Shown piece by piece: positions 1 through 9,397 of a stretch of 64,000 bases of DNA (position 1 is the stretch's first letter; every line of letters starts with the position of its first letter). Location: assembly GCA_963836755.1 (NCBI GenBank), contig CAWIKF010000001.1, positions 448,001 through 512,000 of the forward strand. The letters run 5' to 3'. The notes below the pieces were generated by a model. That model searched no databases, was not told the DNA's origin, and worked only from the letters and a program-made list of their open reading frames with translations. This stretch comes from an uncultured Verrucomicrobiae bacterium (lineage in GTDB: Bacteria; Verrucomicrobiota; Verrucomicrobiia; Chthoniobacterales; Chthoniobacteraceae). The position numbers and the translations under genes are program-made.

Positions 1-1162
1 CGACGTTCGGATCCTGGCGCAAAATATGCCGCAGACCTTGCGCGAACGTCAGCCCGATTTCGGGCTTCACATCGATCTGCGAAACCCCGTGAAGCCTGTA
101 TTCAACAGGTTCTTCGATCGTGATGATGCGGCGCTGCACGGAATTGATGCTGCTCAAAAAAGAATAAAGCGAAGTCGATTTTCCCGAGCCCGTCGGCCCG
201 GTGACGAGGATGATTCCGTTTGGCTGCGCGAGCAAAGTGTGGACGAGCGCGGCTTGCGGCGGGCTGAAATCGAGTCGCTCGAAACCGAACTGCTGAGTGC
301 CGCGCGTGAGCAGGCGGAGGCTGATGCTTTCGCCGTTCACAGTCGGGATCGTCGAGACGCGCACGTCGATGCTGTCGCCGCTGCTTTGCAGATTGATCCG
401 GCCATCCTGCGGCAGCCGGCGCTCCGCGATGTCCATTTGCGCCATCACTTTTAAGCGCGACAAGATCGACGATTGCAGTACGCGCAATTGCGGCGGCACC
501 GCGACTTCGTGCAGCACGCCGTCGATGCGATAGCGGATGCGCAAATCATTTTCCAGCGGCTCCACGTGTATGTCGGTCGCGCGCTCATTGATCGCTTCGC
601 GGATGATCTGGTTTACAAATTTGACGACAGAGGCTTCGGGATCCTCCGCGTTCAAGTCCATCGCCTGCAAACGATCATCGGCAGCGTCGAGGGCGCGGCT
701 CGATTTCAAAATTTCGTCAAAAGTTTCCGCGCCGACGCCGTAAAGCGTCTTGATCGCGCGCAGCAGCTCGTTGCGCGGAATGAGGACCCACTCGATCTTT
801 TTTCCGAGAAGTTGCGCGGCGAGCTGGCGGGCAACGTTGTTAAACACATCGTAAGTCGCGAGGCGCGCCGTCGTTTCGGTCGCGCTCAATGGCAGGATTT
901 GATGTTGAAAAACAAAACGGCTCGGCAGCAGGGCGAGGCTCGATCGTTCGATTAATTTCGGATCGAGCGTCTCGACGGGCGTCTTGAAAAGTTTGCCGAG
1001 ATTGAGCGCGAACCTTTGCTCATCAACCTTCCCGGAGTTGAGCACTTGGACGGTCCACGTGTGTCCGTTCTTCGCCGTCGCGGCCAGCTTCGCGGCTTCT
1101 TCCTGATCCGCGCAGCCACTCGCCATCAGCACTTCCACCAATGATTGGCGGAGCGGCGTCAT
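1..1162 (-). CDS. gspE: Type II secretion ATPase GspE/PilB family (5' part; runs off left edge)
   Basis: Not in the ORF track. Hand translation of both ends of the minus strand from ATG 1162 gives MTPLRQSLVEVL...GIILVTGPTGSGKSTSLY...IITIEEPVEY...GLRHILRQDPNV (Walker A, Asp box, start of Walker B). The start overlaps the gspD stop (TGATG). Confidence 0.95.
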   Translation of the reverse strand, partial: MTPLRQSLVEVLMASGCADQEEAAKLAATAKNGHTWTVQVLNSGKVDEQRFALNLGKLFKTPVETLDPKLIERSSLALLPSRFVFQHQILPLSATETTARLATYDVFNNVARQLAAQLLGKKIEWVLIPRNELLRAIKTLYGVGAETFDEILKSSRALDAADDRLQAMDLNAEDPEASVVKFVNQIIREAINERATDIHVEPLENDLRIRYRIDGVLHEVAVPPQLRVLQSSILSRLKVMAQMDIAERRLPQDGRINLQSSGDSIDVRVSTIPTVNGESISLRLLTRGTQQFGFERLDFSPPQAALVHTLLAQPNGIILVTGPTGSGKSTSLYSFLSSINSVQRRIITIEEPVEYRLHGVSQIDVKPEIGLTFAQGLRHILRQDPNV

Positions 1163-3441
1163 CACTTTTGATAGCGAAAATTTACCGCGCGCGAATCCGC
1201 ATTTTGGTGCGGCACCGTCTGGTCGAGCGTGGCGTCGAGCGTCGGCTGGATCAAGAGCCGGTGCTGCTCAGTGTCGGAATTTTTCACCGCCTCAAGCGAG
1301 CTGGTCGTGACGACGGGCCGGATGAGCACGACGAGTTCTTCGCGGTCATTGTGCTTCGAAGTTTTTTTGAAAAGGTAGCCGAGAACGGGGATGCGGCCGA
1401 GCAGCGGCAGGCCTGTGCCGGTGTTGTTGAGCGAGGTTTTGATTAGCCCGCCCAGGACGACGGTCGCTTCGTTTGGCACGAGGACGTTGGTGCGAATGTA
1501 GCGCGTGTTGATCGTCGGGATGAGGCTGCCGCCAATGTTTGTCGTCTGGCCGCTGAGGTCGTCGAGTTTCTGCAAAATATCGAGCGAGACTTCGCGGTCG
1601 GCATTGATGAGCGGGACGACTTCCAACTGTAAAACAACCGGTTTGTAATTAACGGTCGACTGGACGGCGGCCGTGTTGTTGAGCGCGGTGCCCGCGACCA
1701 AGTTTGAGAGCGTCGAGCTCGGCACGGCGATTTCGGTGCCGGAGGCGATGATGGCTTTTTTGTTATTGCTCGTGAAAACCATCGGGCGCTGCGTCACGCG
1801 GAATCTCCCGGTCGCCTCGAGCGCCTGGACGGTCGCGCTCAACGTGCGCGTGGCGACGACGTATTGTGTGAGGCCATTCGAGGTCATGAGGCTGCCGCCG
1901 TGCGTGGCGAAGGCGGCGGCTGCCGCGGTGGCGACATTCGACGCGCCCGTCGTCGTGCTGGTGCCGGTCGTTCCGGTGGTGCTGCTATTGCTGGTAGTCG
2001 CGGGATTGGTCAGCAGCGCGAGCGGGTCGATGCCAATGTCGAGGTCGTTGTTCAGCGTCAGCTCGCCGATGACCGTGTTGAGCATGACTTGCGGAGCGCG
2101 GACGTCGATGGTGTCGAGCAGGCGAAAAACGCGCTGCTGCATTTCCTGGTTGCCGAGGACGATGATGGTGTTTTCGCGCGGGTCGGCGATGATTTTTGTG
2201 TTGCCGACCGTGACGGCTTTCGGCGTCGTGTCGACGTCCGGCGTATTCAATTCCTCCGAAATATTGACGCCACCGCTGCTGCTGCCGGAACCTTGTGTGT
2301 TGTTGCTGTTTGTCCGCGTGCCGGTGGTCGTGGTCGGCCGTGGCGTAGCGGCGCCCGTCGCGGAAGTCTCATCGGGTTTCACGCCGGGCTCGGTGATCGT
2401 TTTGACAACGATATCGAGCACATCCGAGGCGGAAACAAATTTCAAAGTCCGCTTCGCCGGCTCGCCGAATGGAACGTCCGAGTCAAATTCGTGCACGAGC
2501 TTGCGGACGAATGGCATGTTGATCGGCCGCGTGATGACGTGAATGCGGTTCGTGCGGACATCCGCCGTGAGCCAGATGCGGCCGACGATGACGGAATCTT
2601 CCGAAAGGCCGGTGCCCTGGCGGTCTATCACGACAGTCGCGTTTTGCTGCGCACCGGGCGGCAGCGGAGCGCCGTTGCCGCCGCCGGGACGGATGATGGA
2701 CGTTGTGGTCGGCGTCGTCTGCGGCGGTGCGAAAATTTTCTCGAGCTTGTCGAGCACGTCCTTCACGTCCGCGCGCTCGAGCTTGATGAACTCGCTGACG
2801 ACTTCCGCCGGCGGCACGTCAATCTCGCTGATGACCTTTGCGAGGCTGCGGATCACGCCGGTGCTGTCGGTAATTAAGAGCGCCTGCGCCTTTGGCAGCG
2901 CGACCACGTTTGTGTAAGTGGTCGGCGCGAGATACTGGCTGCCGACGAGCGTTTGCTGCAGCTCCGTCGGATCCGCGTATTGCAATTTGAAGAGAAACGT
3001 GACGATCCGCTCGGTCTCCGGCAGTTGATTGAGGTCCGAATAAATCGGCACCGCTGCCGTGCGCGGATTTTTTTGAAGGCCAACGACCTTGATGATGCTG
3101 TTGTCCTCGGGCACGAGCGAAAATCCGTTGAGCAAAAGATTGATCTCAATGATTTTCACCGCTTCCTCGCGAGGAATTTCCGAGTTTATCACTATGTTAA
3201 CAGGCCCAATAACCGTGTTGTCATAGACGATTTTTTTCCCGGTGAGCCTTTCGTAAAACGCGAGCACGTCTTTGACGTCCGCGTTTGGAAACTGCAGACG
3301 CACCGTGTCGGGCGCGCCCGGAAAATTTCGAGCTGGCGGCGTCGGCGTTGGATTTTGCGCAAGAGCCGATGCACAAAGGAGTCCAAAGAAAAGTGCGGGG
3401 AGCCAGCGTTGCACCGGCGATATGTAAACGGCACGAGCCAT
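1162..3441 (-). CDS. gspD: Type II secretion secretin GspD
   Basis: Signal peptide, N0 domain (LQFPNADVKDVL), repeated N domains, IDVRAPQVMLNTVIGE and VLGGLI...PLLGRIPVLGYLFK...REELVVLIRPVV secretin motifs. Start placed at ATG 3441 rather than 3651. Confidence 0.95.
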   Translation of the reverse strand: MARAVYISPVQRWLPALFFGLLCASALAQNPTPTPPARNFPGAPDTVRLQFPNADVKDVLAFYERLTGKKIVYDNTVIGPVNIVINSEIPREEAVKIIEINLLLNGFSLVPEDNSIIKVVGLQKNPRTAAVPIYSDLNQLPETERIVTFLFKLQYADPTELQQTLVGSQYLAPTTYTNVVALPKAQALLITDSTGVIRSLAKVISEIDVPPAEVVSEFIKLERADVKDVLDKLEKIFAPPQTTPTTTSIIRPGGGNGAPLPPGAQQNATVVIDRQGTGLSEDSVIVGRIWLTADVRTNRIHVITRPINMPFVRKLVHEFDSDVPFGEPAKRTLKFVSASDVLDIVVKTITEPGVKPDETSATGAATPRPTTTTGTRTNSNNTQGSGSSSGGVNISEELNTPDVDTTPKAVTVGNTKIIADPRENTIIVLGNQEMQQRVFRLLDTIDVRAPQVMLNTVIGELTLNNDLDIGIDPLALLTNPATTSNSSTTGTTGTSTTTGASNVATAAAAAFATHGGSLMTSNGLTQYVVATRTLSATVQALEATGRFRVTQRPMVFTSNNKKAIIASGTEIAVPSSTLSNLVAGTALNNTAAVQSTVNYKPVVLQLEVVPLINADREVSLDILQKLDDLSGQTTNIGGSLIPTINTRYIRTNVLVPNEATVVLGGLIKTSLNNTGTGLPLLGRIPVLGYLFKKTSKHNDREELVVLIRPVVTTSSLEAVKNSDTEQHRLLIQPTLDATLDQTVPHQNADSRAVNFRYQK

Positions 3442-3511
3442 TGGGTCAACTAAAGCCGCCGCGTGTTTGTCATGGACTCCGCGCAGTGCGGCGCGTATGG
3501 AAAAACATCCG

Positions 3512-4063
3512 ATGATGGCACCGCGCCTTTTGCTCCTCGCCTCGCTCGCGCTTTTTCTCGCGGGCTGCACGATTCCCGAACATCCGCCGCTGCTGCATGA
3601 TCTCTCGCCCGCGCCGATGTCGCCGCTCGATTGGGAAAAATCGTGCGGCATTTATGTCGGCCCGATCCGATCGACGAGCTGGCATTTCGGCACCGAGGGT
3701 GTGAGTGTCGCCGAGACGCGGCTGGAGATTTCTGGAACGACGGGAAATCCGCTGATCTATATAAAGATGGAAACTGCCTTCACGAGCGCTGGCAACCGAT
3801 CCGGCAATCGCACGGAAAGTTTCACCAATATCGCGGAGCGGCGCTACGGAACGCCGCAGGGGCTCGTCGCTTCCTCGCACGCTCCGAATCAGCTTTACAT
3901 CAGGCTGCTCGCTTCGGCTTCGTCGCCGAGCTACGGCGCGTTCATGATCGTGACTTTTCACGGGCGAAATCCCGCGCACGTGGAATTTGTCGAGCATCTT
4001 TCGCGGCGCGGCGACGGGATGCTGCAGCACCTGACCGTGCTGAGTTCCGCGCTGCGCGACTAG
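3512..4063 (+). CDS. Hypothetical lipoprotein
   Basis: MMAPRLLLLASLALFLAG|C lipobox; start uncertain (3497/3512/3515); first gene of the plus-strand T2SS unit. Confidence 0.7.
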   Translation: MMAPRLLLLASLALFLAGCTIPEHPPLLHDLSPAPMSPLDWEKSCGIYVGPIRSTSWHFGTEGVSVAETRLEISGTTGNPLIYIKMETAFTSAGNRSGNRTESFTNIAERRYGTPQGLVASSHAPNQLYIRLLASASSPSYGAFMIVTFHGRNPAHVEFVEHLSRRGDGMLQHLTVLSSALRD

Positions 4064-4100
4064 CGGTTGTTTTTGCGCGCGAGGTCGCTAGTTTACACCG

Positions 4101-4586
4101 GTGCGCACGCGGGCCGGGTTTACTTTACTCGAAGTTTGTCTCGCGGTTTTCATCGCGATGCTGCTGCTCACGCTCGCTGTGCCGAGCTTGAACGGGCTGC
4201 TTGCCGATCAGCGCAGCAAAGCATCTTTCGACGCATTCGATGCGCTCGTGCGGCAGGCGCAAACCAAAAGCATCGCCGACCATTGCGCCTACGTTCTCGC
4301 GTGGGATGCCGGGGGCATTTCGCTCCGGCGCCAGAAATCGGATGAAACCGACGAGACGCCGGCGAGCTCGCCCGCTCCGGAAAATGCAGGGCACGTCGCG
4401 TTCGGGGAAAATGAAAAGTGCGAGCTGCAATTAACCGCGGCACTTTCGACGCCGACCACACAGGAATGGACTTTCTGGCCGACTGGCACTTGCGAGCCTG
4501 CGACGATTGTTTATCAGGGCGGTAACGGAAATTGGACTGCGACTTACGATCCGCTGACAGTGCGCGCGACTTTTACGCAGCCATGA
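4101..4586 (+). CDS. gspH: Minor pseudopilin, GspH-like
   Basis: RAG|FTLLEV prepilin motif plus hydrophobic helix; C-terminal FWPTGTCEP resembles GspH/FimT; gene order. Confidence 0.8.
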   Translation: MRTRAGFTLLEVCLAVFIAMLLLTLAVPSLNGLLADQRSKASFDAFDALVRQAQTKSIADHCAYVLAWDAGGISLRRQKSDETDETPASSPAPENAGHVAFGENEKCELQLTAALSTPTTQEWTFWPTGTCEPATIVYQGGNGNWTATYDPLTVRATFTQP

Positions 4587-4972
4587 AAAGGCATGCAGCG
4601 TTCGTGCTCCTCGAGGTCATGCTCGGTCTCGCGATTTTTTCGATCGGCGTCATCGTGCTCGGACGGAGCGTTAGCAATTGTATCACAGCCGAAAACGCTC
4701 GCGCCGAGGACCAGCGAGCGCGCCTCGCGCTGGAAAATCGCATGGGCGAGATCGAAACTGGCAGCGTCACCCTGAGCGATGCGCAGACCCAAAAACTCAC
4801 CGGCGAGTTTGACGGCATGACTCTCACCGAGACGCAGACTGCGCTCGAATTGAAAAATGAAAACAATCAGGATCTGCCCGGCCTTTATAATATAGATCTC
4901 AAAGTTTCGTGGACCAGCGGACAGCAGCCGCAGTTAAAAGAGCTTTCGTTTTATGTCCTCCGTTCGCAGTAA
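4583..4972 (+). CDS. gspI: Minor pseudopilin, GspI-like
   Basis: HAA|FVLLEVMLGL motif, ARLALENRM and IDLKVSW; ATGA overlap with the previous gene. Confidence 0.8.
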   Translation: MKRHAAFVLLEVMLGLAIFSIGVIVLGRSVSNCITAENARAEDQRARLALENRMGEIETGSVTLSDAQTQKLTGEFDGMTLTETQTALELKNENNQDLPGLYNIDLKVSWTSGQQPQLKELSFYVLRSQ

Positions 4973-5585
4973 TTTTGCGCGGCTGCGTCGCGCATTCACG
5001 CTGCTCGAGGTAATCATCTCCGTCGCGATTCTCTCGTTGATCGCGGCGACGCTTTTTCGCTTTGTGGAATCAACGTTGCGCGCGATTCGCTTTTCATCGG
5101 AGCAAAGTAGCGACGCCGCCGGTTTGACGGGGTTGTTCGCGAGTGTGCAAAGCCAGCTCAATAATTTGCCGCTCGGACAGTCCGGCGTTTTGCTCGGCGA
5201 TTCGCATCAGTTCGGCGACAAATCGAGCGACGAGATGCAGTGGATTTGCTCCGCCGGAAACGGCTTGTTTACAAATTTCGCCGACGGCCAATATCAAGTG
5301 ACGCTCACGCTGCAGCAGGTGCCGCAGTCGGATGCTTACGAGCTCGGCGTGCGCCGCGTGCCGGTGGATCAGCCGACCGCAACCGATGTCCATTGGCTGC
5401 ATCTGCTCGATCATGTGGATGGGCTCGAGATCATGTATTTCGATTCGCGGCTGAACGCGTGGCTGGAAAAATGGACGGATCAAAGTGCGCTGCCGTCGCT
5501 CGTGCGCATCCGCGTTTGGCGGAACGGCGCGAACTCACCAGCCGAAGCGATCCTGATGTTGCCGCTTACGCGATTGCCGATGTGA
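4953..5585 (+). CDS. gspJ: Minor pseudopilin, GspJ-like
   Basis: RRA|FTLLEVII motif; C-terminal LLDHVDGLEIMYFD...W...W...LPSLVRI typical of GspJ. Confidence 0.85.
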   Translation: MSSVRSNFARLRRAFTLLEVIISVAILSLIAATLFRFVESTLRAIRFSSEQSSDAAGLTGLFASVQSQLNNLPLGQSGVLLGDSHQFGDKSSDEMQWICSAGNGLFTNFADGQYQVTLTLQQVPQSDAYELGVRRVPVDQPTATDVHWLHLLDHVDGLEIMYFDSRLNAWLEKWTDQSALPSLVRIRVWRNGANSPAEAILMLPLTRLPM

Positions 5586-6511
5586 AAAAAGTCCGCACTT
5601 CGCGCGGAAGCGCTCTCATTCTTTCGCTCTGGGCTTTGCTGCTGCTCTCTGCGGCCGTCTTCGCATGGGTGAAAATCATCGAGCAGGACATTGCCGTGAG
5701 CGGCGACGCAAACTCCGCGCTCGACGCCCGCGCTCTCGCCGAATCCGGCGTCGCGATCGCCTTGCACCCGCGCGTGACGCCTTTCACGCCGCTGCTGCAA
5801 AACCAGCTCAGCCCCGGTCACAGCTATGAGGTCAAAATTCGCGGCGAAGCGGGAAAGCTAAATCTCAACTGGCTGCTCCAAAGCTCGATCAACCCGCGCA
5901 GCCGATCGCCCGCGGGCGCGGAAAAAATCGAGATGCTCAAGGACTACTTGCAGCAGCGCGGCCTCACGCTCCAGGAAACCGAGACGCTCATCAATTGCAT
6001 GCTCGACTGGATCGATCCCGACAATACTCCGCGCGAAAATGGCGCGGAAGATTCCGAGAATTATCATCCGCCAAATCGTGGCCGTTTCGTTTCGCTCGAT
6101 GAAATCACGCAGATCAAAGGCTCCGCGCCGCTGACCTCGCTGCCGAACTGGAGAGACGATTTCACCGTGAACTCGCCCGGCCCGATCGACCTGCAATGGG
6201 CTTCACTGGCTGTTCTGCAGGTTTTGCCCAATGTCGGCGACGCGCGCGCGGAGCAGTTTTTGCAAGATCGCCGCGGCGCGGACAAAACAGATTACACGCG
6301 GGATGACCATCTGTTTGCCAACGTCGCGGAAGCGCTTTCGTTTCTCGGATTTGTCGGCGAAACGGGGCGGGCACTCGCCCCTTTCGTCACGCTCAATGAC
6401 CCGACGATGCACATCACCAGCGTCGGCCACGCGGGAAAAGTATATCGACAAATCGAGGTCATTGCCCGGAAAGTGGGCGCGCAACCGCACATACTTTGGT
6501 GGAAAGAATAA
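5582..6511 (+). CDS. gspK: Minor pseudopilin GspK
   Basis: RG|SALILSLW (no Glu5), ALAESGV, EAGKLNLN, LDWIDPD, LQVLPNVG motifs; GTG start overlaps the gspJ stop. Confidence 0.9.
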   Translation: MKKVRTSRGSALILSLWALLLLSAAVFAWVKIIEQDIAVSGDANSALDARALAESGVAIALHPRVTPFTPLLQNQLSPGHSYEVKIRGEAGKLNLNWLLQSSINPRSRSPAGAEKIEMLKDYLQQRGLTLQETETLINCMLDWIDPDNTPRENGAEDSENYHPPNRGRFVSLDEITQIKGSAPLTSLPNWRDDFTVNSPGPIDLQWASLAVLQVLPNVGDARAEQFLQDRRGADKTDYTRDDHLFANVAEALSFLGFVGETGRALAPFVTLNDPTMHITSVGHAGKVYRQIEVIARKVGAQPHILWWKE

Positions 6512-7737
6512 AGCCCCGCCGTCAATCCCGCCTCGTTTTTCTCAGCCCCGCCGCGCACGGATGGCGTCGGCGCGAAAGCAGTGGTGAAGCGGCTTCGCGG
6601 GAATTTGCGACTTTCGAGGAAGCGATCAACGGCGTCGCATCCGGCACTGCAGTTCATCTCGCGCTGCCGCTTGGAGTGGTGTTGCTCGAGCGCATGCGGC
6701 TGCCGGCGACGGCGCGCGAGGAACTTTTGGGAATGATGCGATTGCAGCTCGAAAAAACGCTCCCATTTTTCGCGGAGAAAACTTCGGGCGACATGGAAAT
6801 CATCTCGCAGAGCGGCACGGAATCTTGGGTGCTCGCGCTTTCGGTTTATCACGAGCAGCTCGAAAATTTCAGCGCGGTGATGCGCGCGCGGCAACTTGTT
6901 CCCGAGAAAGTTTCGCTGTTTGCAATCCACCTCGCCGGCACGGGGAAGCCGGCGGAAACTGACTGCATCATTTACGCGGAGGACGACAAAATCGCTTTCG
7001 CAATTTGCGAAAACGGAAAGCTGAGTTACGCGCAAACCCTTTCCAGCACAGGGCCGGAAGACTTTTGCGAACAACTGCCGTCGGTGCTTTTGAGCGCGGA
7101 ACTTGAGGAGGCGCCGGTGACTTTCGCAACCGTGCGGCTCGATGATTCGCTTGCCGATTGGGAGCCGAAAGTGCGCGAATTTTTTCAGGTGCCCGTGCAG
7201 AAAATTTCTTCCGCCTCGGCGCGGATGGAGAGCAACGAGAATCTTTTGCCATCCACCTGGCGCAGCGAGCGCTCGAAGATCGCGCGCGCATCCGTGCTGC
7301 GCGAGCGGCTGATTTTTGCCGGCATTGGATACGTCGCGCTTGTGGTGCTCGCCGTCGCGACAATTTTTTGGCTCCGATTCCGGCTCGGCAAAATCGAGGA
7401 GCAAGTGCGAACCACGCGGCCGCAGATTGACGCGATCGCGATGGACAAAGCGCGCTGGCTCGCGCTTGCGCCAGCGATCGATCCGCAGCGTTATCCGCTC
7501 GAAATTTTGTGGCAGGTGTGCGCCGGACTTTCATCCGATGACATTCGGCTCACAAAGTTTAACGCCACGACAACTCAGTTTTTGATCGAGGCCGAAGCGC
7601 CGACGGCAAGCGCGGCCGTCGCCTTTGGCGAACGCCTGAAAAAAAGTCCCGGGCTGAATGAGTTCGCGCTGCAAAACAGCCCACCCGCCATTTTGTCGAA
7701 TGAGCACGCGCAGCTCCGACTCACGGGAAAATTATGA
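6496..7737 (+). CDS. gspL: GspL/PilM-PilN-like inner-membrane platform protein
   Basis: Cytoplasmic N domain (LERMRLP...QLEKTLPF), NLLP motif before a single TM helix, periplasmic C domain; follows gspK. Confidence 0.75.
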   Translation: MVERIKPRRQSRLVFLSPAAHGWRRRESSGEAASREFATFEEAINGVASGTAVHLALPLGVVLLERMRLPATAREELLGMMRLQLEKTLPFFAEKTSGDMEIISQSGTESWVLALSVYHEQLENFSAVMRARQLVPEKVSLFAIHLAGTGKPAETDCIIYAEDDKIAFAICENGKLSYAQTLSSTGPEDFCEQLPSVLLSAELEEAPVTFATVRLDDSLADWEPKVREFFQVPVQKISSASARMESNENLLPSTWRSERSKIARASVLRERLIFAGIGYVALVVLAVATIFWLRFRLGKIEEQVRTTRPQIDAIAMDKARWLALAPAIDPQRYPLEILWQVCAGLSSDDIRLTKFNATTTQFLIEAEAPTASAAVAFGERLKKSPGLNEFALQNSPPAILSNEHAQLRLTGKL

Positions 7738-8255
7738 GCCTTTCCTCGCGCGAAAAAGTTCTTGCCGGCATCGTGATCGGCGCGGCGTTTTTGGTGCTCA
7801 ATCTCGTGCTGGGCAAATCGTTTTTTACGCACCAGGCGGAGTTGCGCAGCGAGATCGCCACGCGCGACGGTGAGTTGAAAACAATGCAAAGTTTGCTCGC
7901 GGAGCGCGATCTGTGGACGAAGCGCGAGGCGTGGCTGACGGCGAAGCAGCCGCACCTGACCGATGAAAACAGCGCGGGTGTGGACTTGCTTCAGCAGATC
8001 GAAAAATCGGCGAAGGCGCAGAACGTCACGCTCGAAAACAAGTCCTTCGGCTCGACGAGCCGGACGCAATGGTATCGCGCGGTCAGCGTGAATCTCGAGA
8101 CGAAATGCGCTTGGACTGCGCTGATCCCTTTTTTAAATGTCATACAACAACCTGATCAGTTTATCGTTTTGGAAAATGTCGACATCGCCGTCGATTCCAC
8201 CGACCAAACGCAGATGCGCGGCAAGTTTCGCATCGCGCGCTGGTTCGCGCCGTGA
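7734..8255 (+). CDS. gspM: GspM/PilO-like protein
   Basis: LSSREKVL N-terminal motif, single TM, coiled coil, then a small C domain; ATGA-coupled to gspL. Confidence 0.75.
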   Translation: MSLSSREKVLAGIVIGAAFLVLNLVLGKSFFTHQAELRSEIATRDGELKTMQSLLAERDLWTKREAWLTAKQPHLTDENSAGVDLLQQIEKSAKAQNVTLENKSFGSTSRTQWYRAVSVNLETKCAWTALIPFLNVIQQPDQFIVLENVDIAVDSTDQTQMRGKFRIARWFAP

Positions 8256-8959
8256 TTGAGAATTTTGCAAGCGATGCTAAGATCAGACCGATGACGCGCC
8301 GCGCTCTCTCCGCATCGTTGATTTTTTTGGCGCACGGCTTTGCGCTGAATGCGGCGACGACTGCCGCGAACGATCTGCCAGCGGCGATGCCGCTGAGCCG
8401 CTACGACGCGCTCATGAAGAAATCGCCGTTCGCGCTCGCGACTCCCGCCGGTGCGACCGCTGCCGCATCGACGGCGGGCTTTACGGCGAATCTTTATGTG
8501 TCAGGCGTGGCGAAAATCGATGGCCGCGATTTTGTGACGATTCGATCGAAAGATGGGCAAACGCATTTTTCGTTGATGCCCGGTGAGCTTGGGCCGGACG
8601 GAATCGTGATCACCAGCGTGGACTGGTCGGACGAAGTCGGCAAAAGTAAAGTGACTTTGAAAAAAGGGCAGGAAACTGGCGTCGCGGAATTTGACCAGGC
8701 GGTGCTGCAGGCGCCGCCGCCTCCTGCTGCAGTCGCCAACGAAAGCCCGCAGAATGGGCCTCAACCCGGACGTGGCTGGGGCGGACGAGAGCAGCGATTC
8801 CGCGAGCAGGCTCAAGGCGCTGCACAGGGTTATCAGCGGAATCCCAACTTTAATTACAACCAGCCAAGGCCAAGTGGCAGCGCGTATTCGGGCGGTCAGA
8901 TGACTCCGCAGATGCAGGAGCGGCATCGCACACGAATTATTTACGCGGCGCCGCAGTAG
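8252..8959 (+). CDS. Hypothetical exported protein, possible GspC/PilP-like HR-domain protein
   Basis: Hydrophobic N-terminus, SPF motif, LYVSGVAKIDG...TI...GELGPDGIVITSV beta-rich segment, low-complexity tail; start 8252 (GTG) or 8291. Confidence 0.6.
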   Translation: MIENFASDAKIRPMTRRALSASLIFLAHGFALNAATTAANDLPAAMPLSRYDALMKKSPFALATPAGATAAASTAGFTANLYVSGVAKIDGRDFVTIRSKDGQTHFSLMPGELGPDGIVITSVDWSDEVGKSKVTLKKGQETGVAEFDQAVLQAPPPPAAVANESPQNGPQPGRGWGGREQRFREQAQGAAQGYQRNPNFNYNQPRPSGSAYSGGQMTPQMQERHRTRIIYAAPQ

Positions 8960-8971
8960 AGCGCGCGGCGG

Positions 8972-9397
8972 TTATTTGTCCCAATTCCCGATGTCGTCGT
9001 CGGTGTCGGGTTTGCGATCCGCGCCGGCTGAGTAGAGATCAAACGAGTTCGGATTGTGCTTGCCGGGCTGCACGTAAATGTAGGCGTTCTGCCACGGGTC
9101 GAGCGGGAGTTTTTCGAAAAGTTGACGCCATTGCCGCGGTTGCGGCTCGCTATCCGGTCGCGTGACCAGCGCCTGCAAACCTTGCTGAGAAGTCGGCAGA
9201 AAACCGTTGAAGGATTCGTAGAGTTTGAGCTGCGTGGAAATGCTCTCGATGTCGCTGTGCACGCGGACGTCCTGCGCGACTCCCACATTGCCGCCCATTG
9301 TATAAATGGCGGCGCCGGCGAGCAGCGCGATGATCATCACCACGAGCATGATTTCCAAAAGTGTGAATGCGGAGCGGGAGGAGCGGCGTCGGATCAT
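8972..9397 (-). CDS. gspG: Major pseudopilin GspG
   Basis: RSA|FTLLEIM, PTSQQGLQALV, LPLDPWQNAYIY, FDLYSAGAD...DDDIGNW. Confidence 0.97.
   Translation of the reverse strand: MIRRRSSRSAFTLLEIMLVVMIIALLAGAAIYTMGGNVGVAQDVRVHSDIESISTQLKLYESFNGFLPTSQQGLQALVTRPDSEPQPRQWRQLFEKLPLDPWQNAYIYVQPGKHNPNSFDLYSAGADRKPDTDDDIGNWDK

Noticed and set aside
26..955. Plus-strand ORFs at the left edge
   Set aside because: The minus strand encodes GspE with intact ATPase motifs.
3442..3651. N-terminal extensions in the ORF track (gspD, gspK, barrel, ilvB, several GTs)
   Set aside because: They overlap neighbouring genes; internal starts give signal peptides or stop/start coupling.
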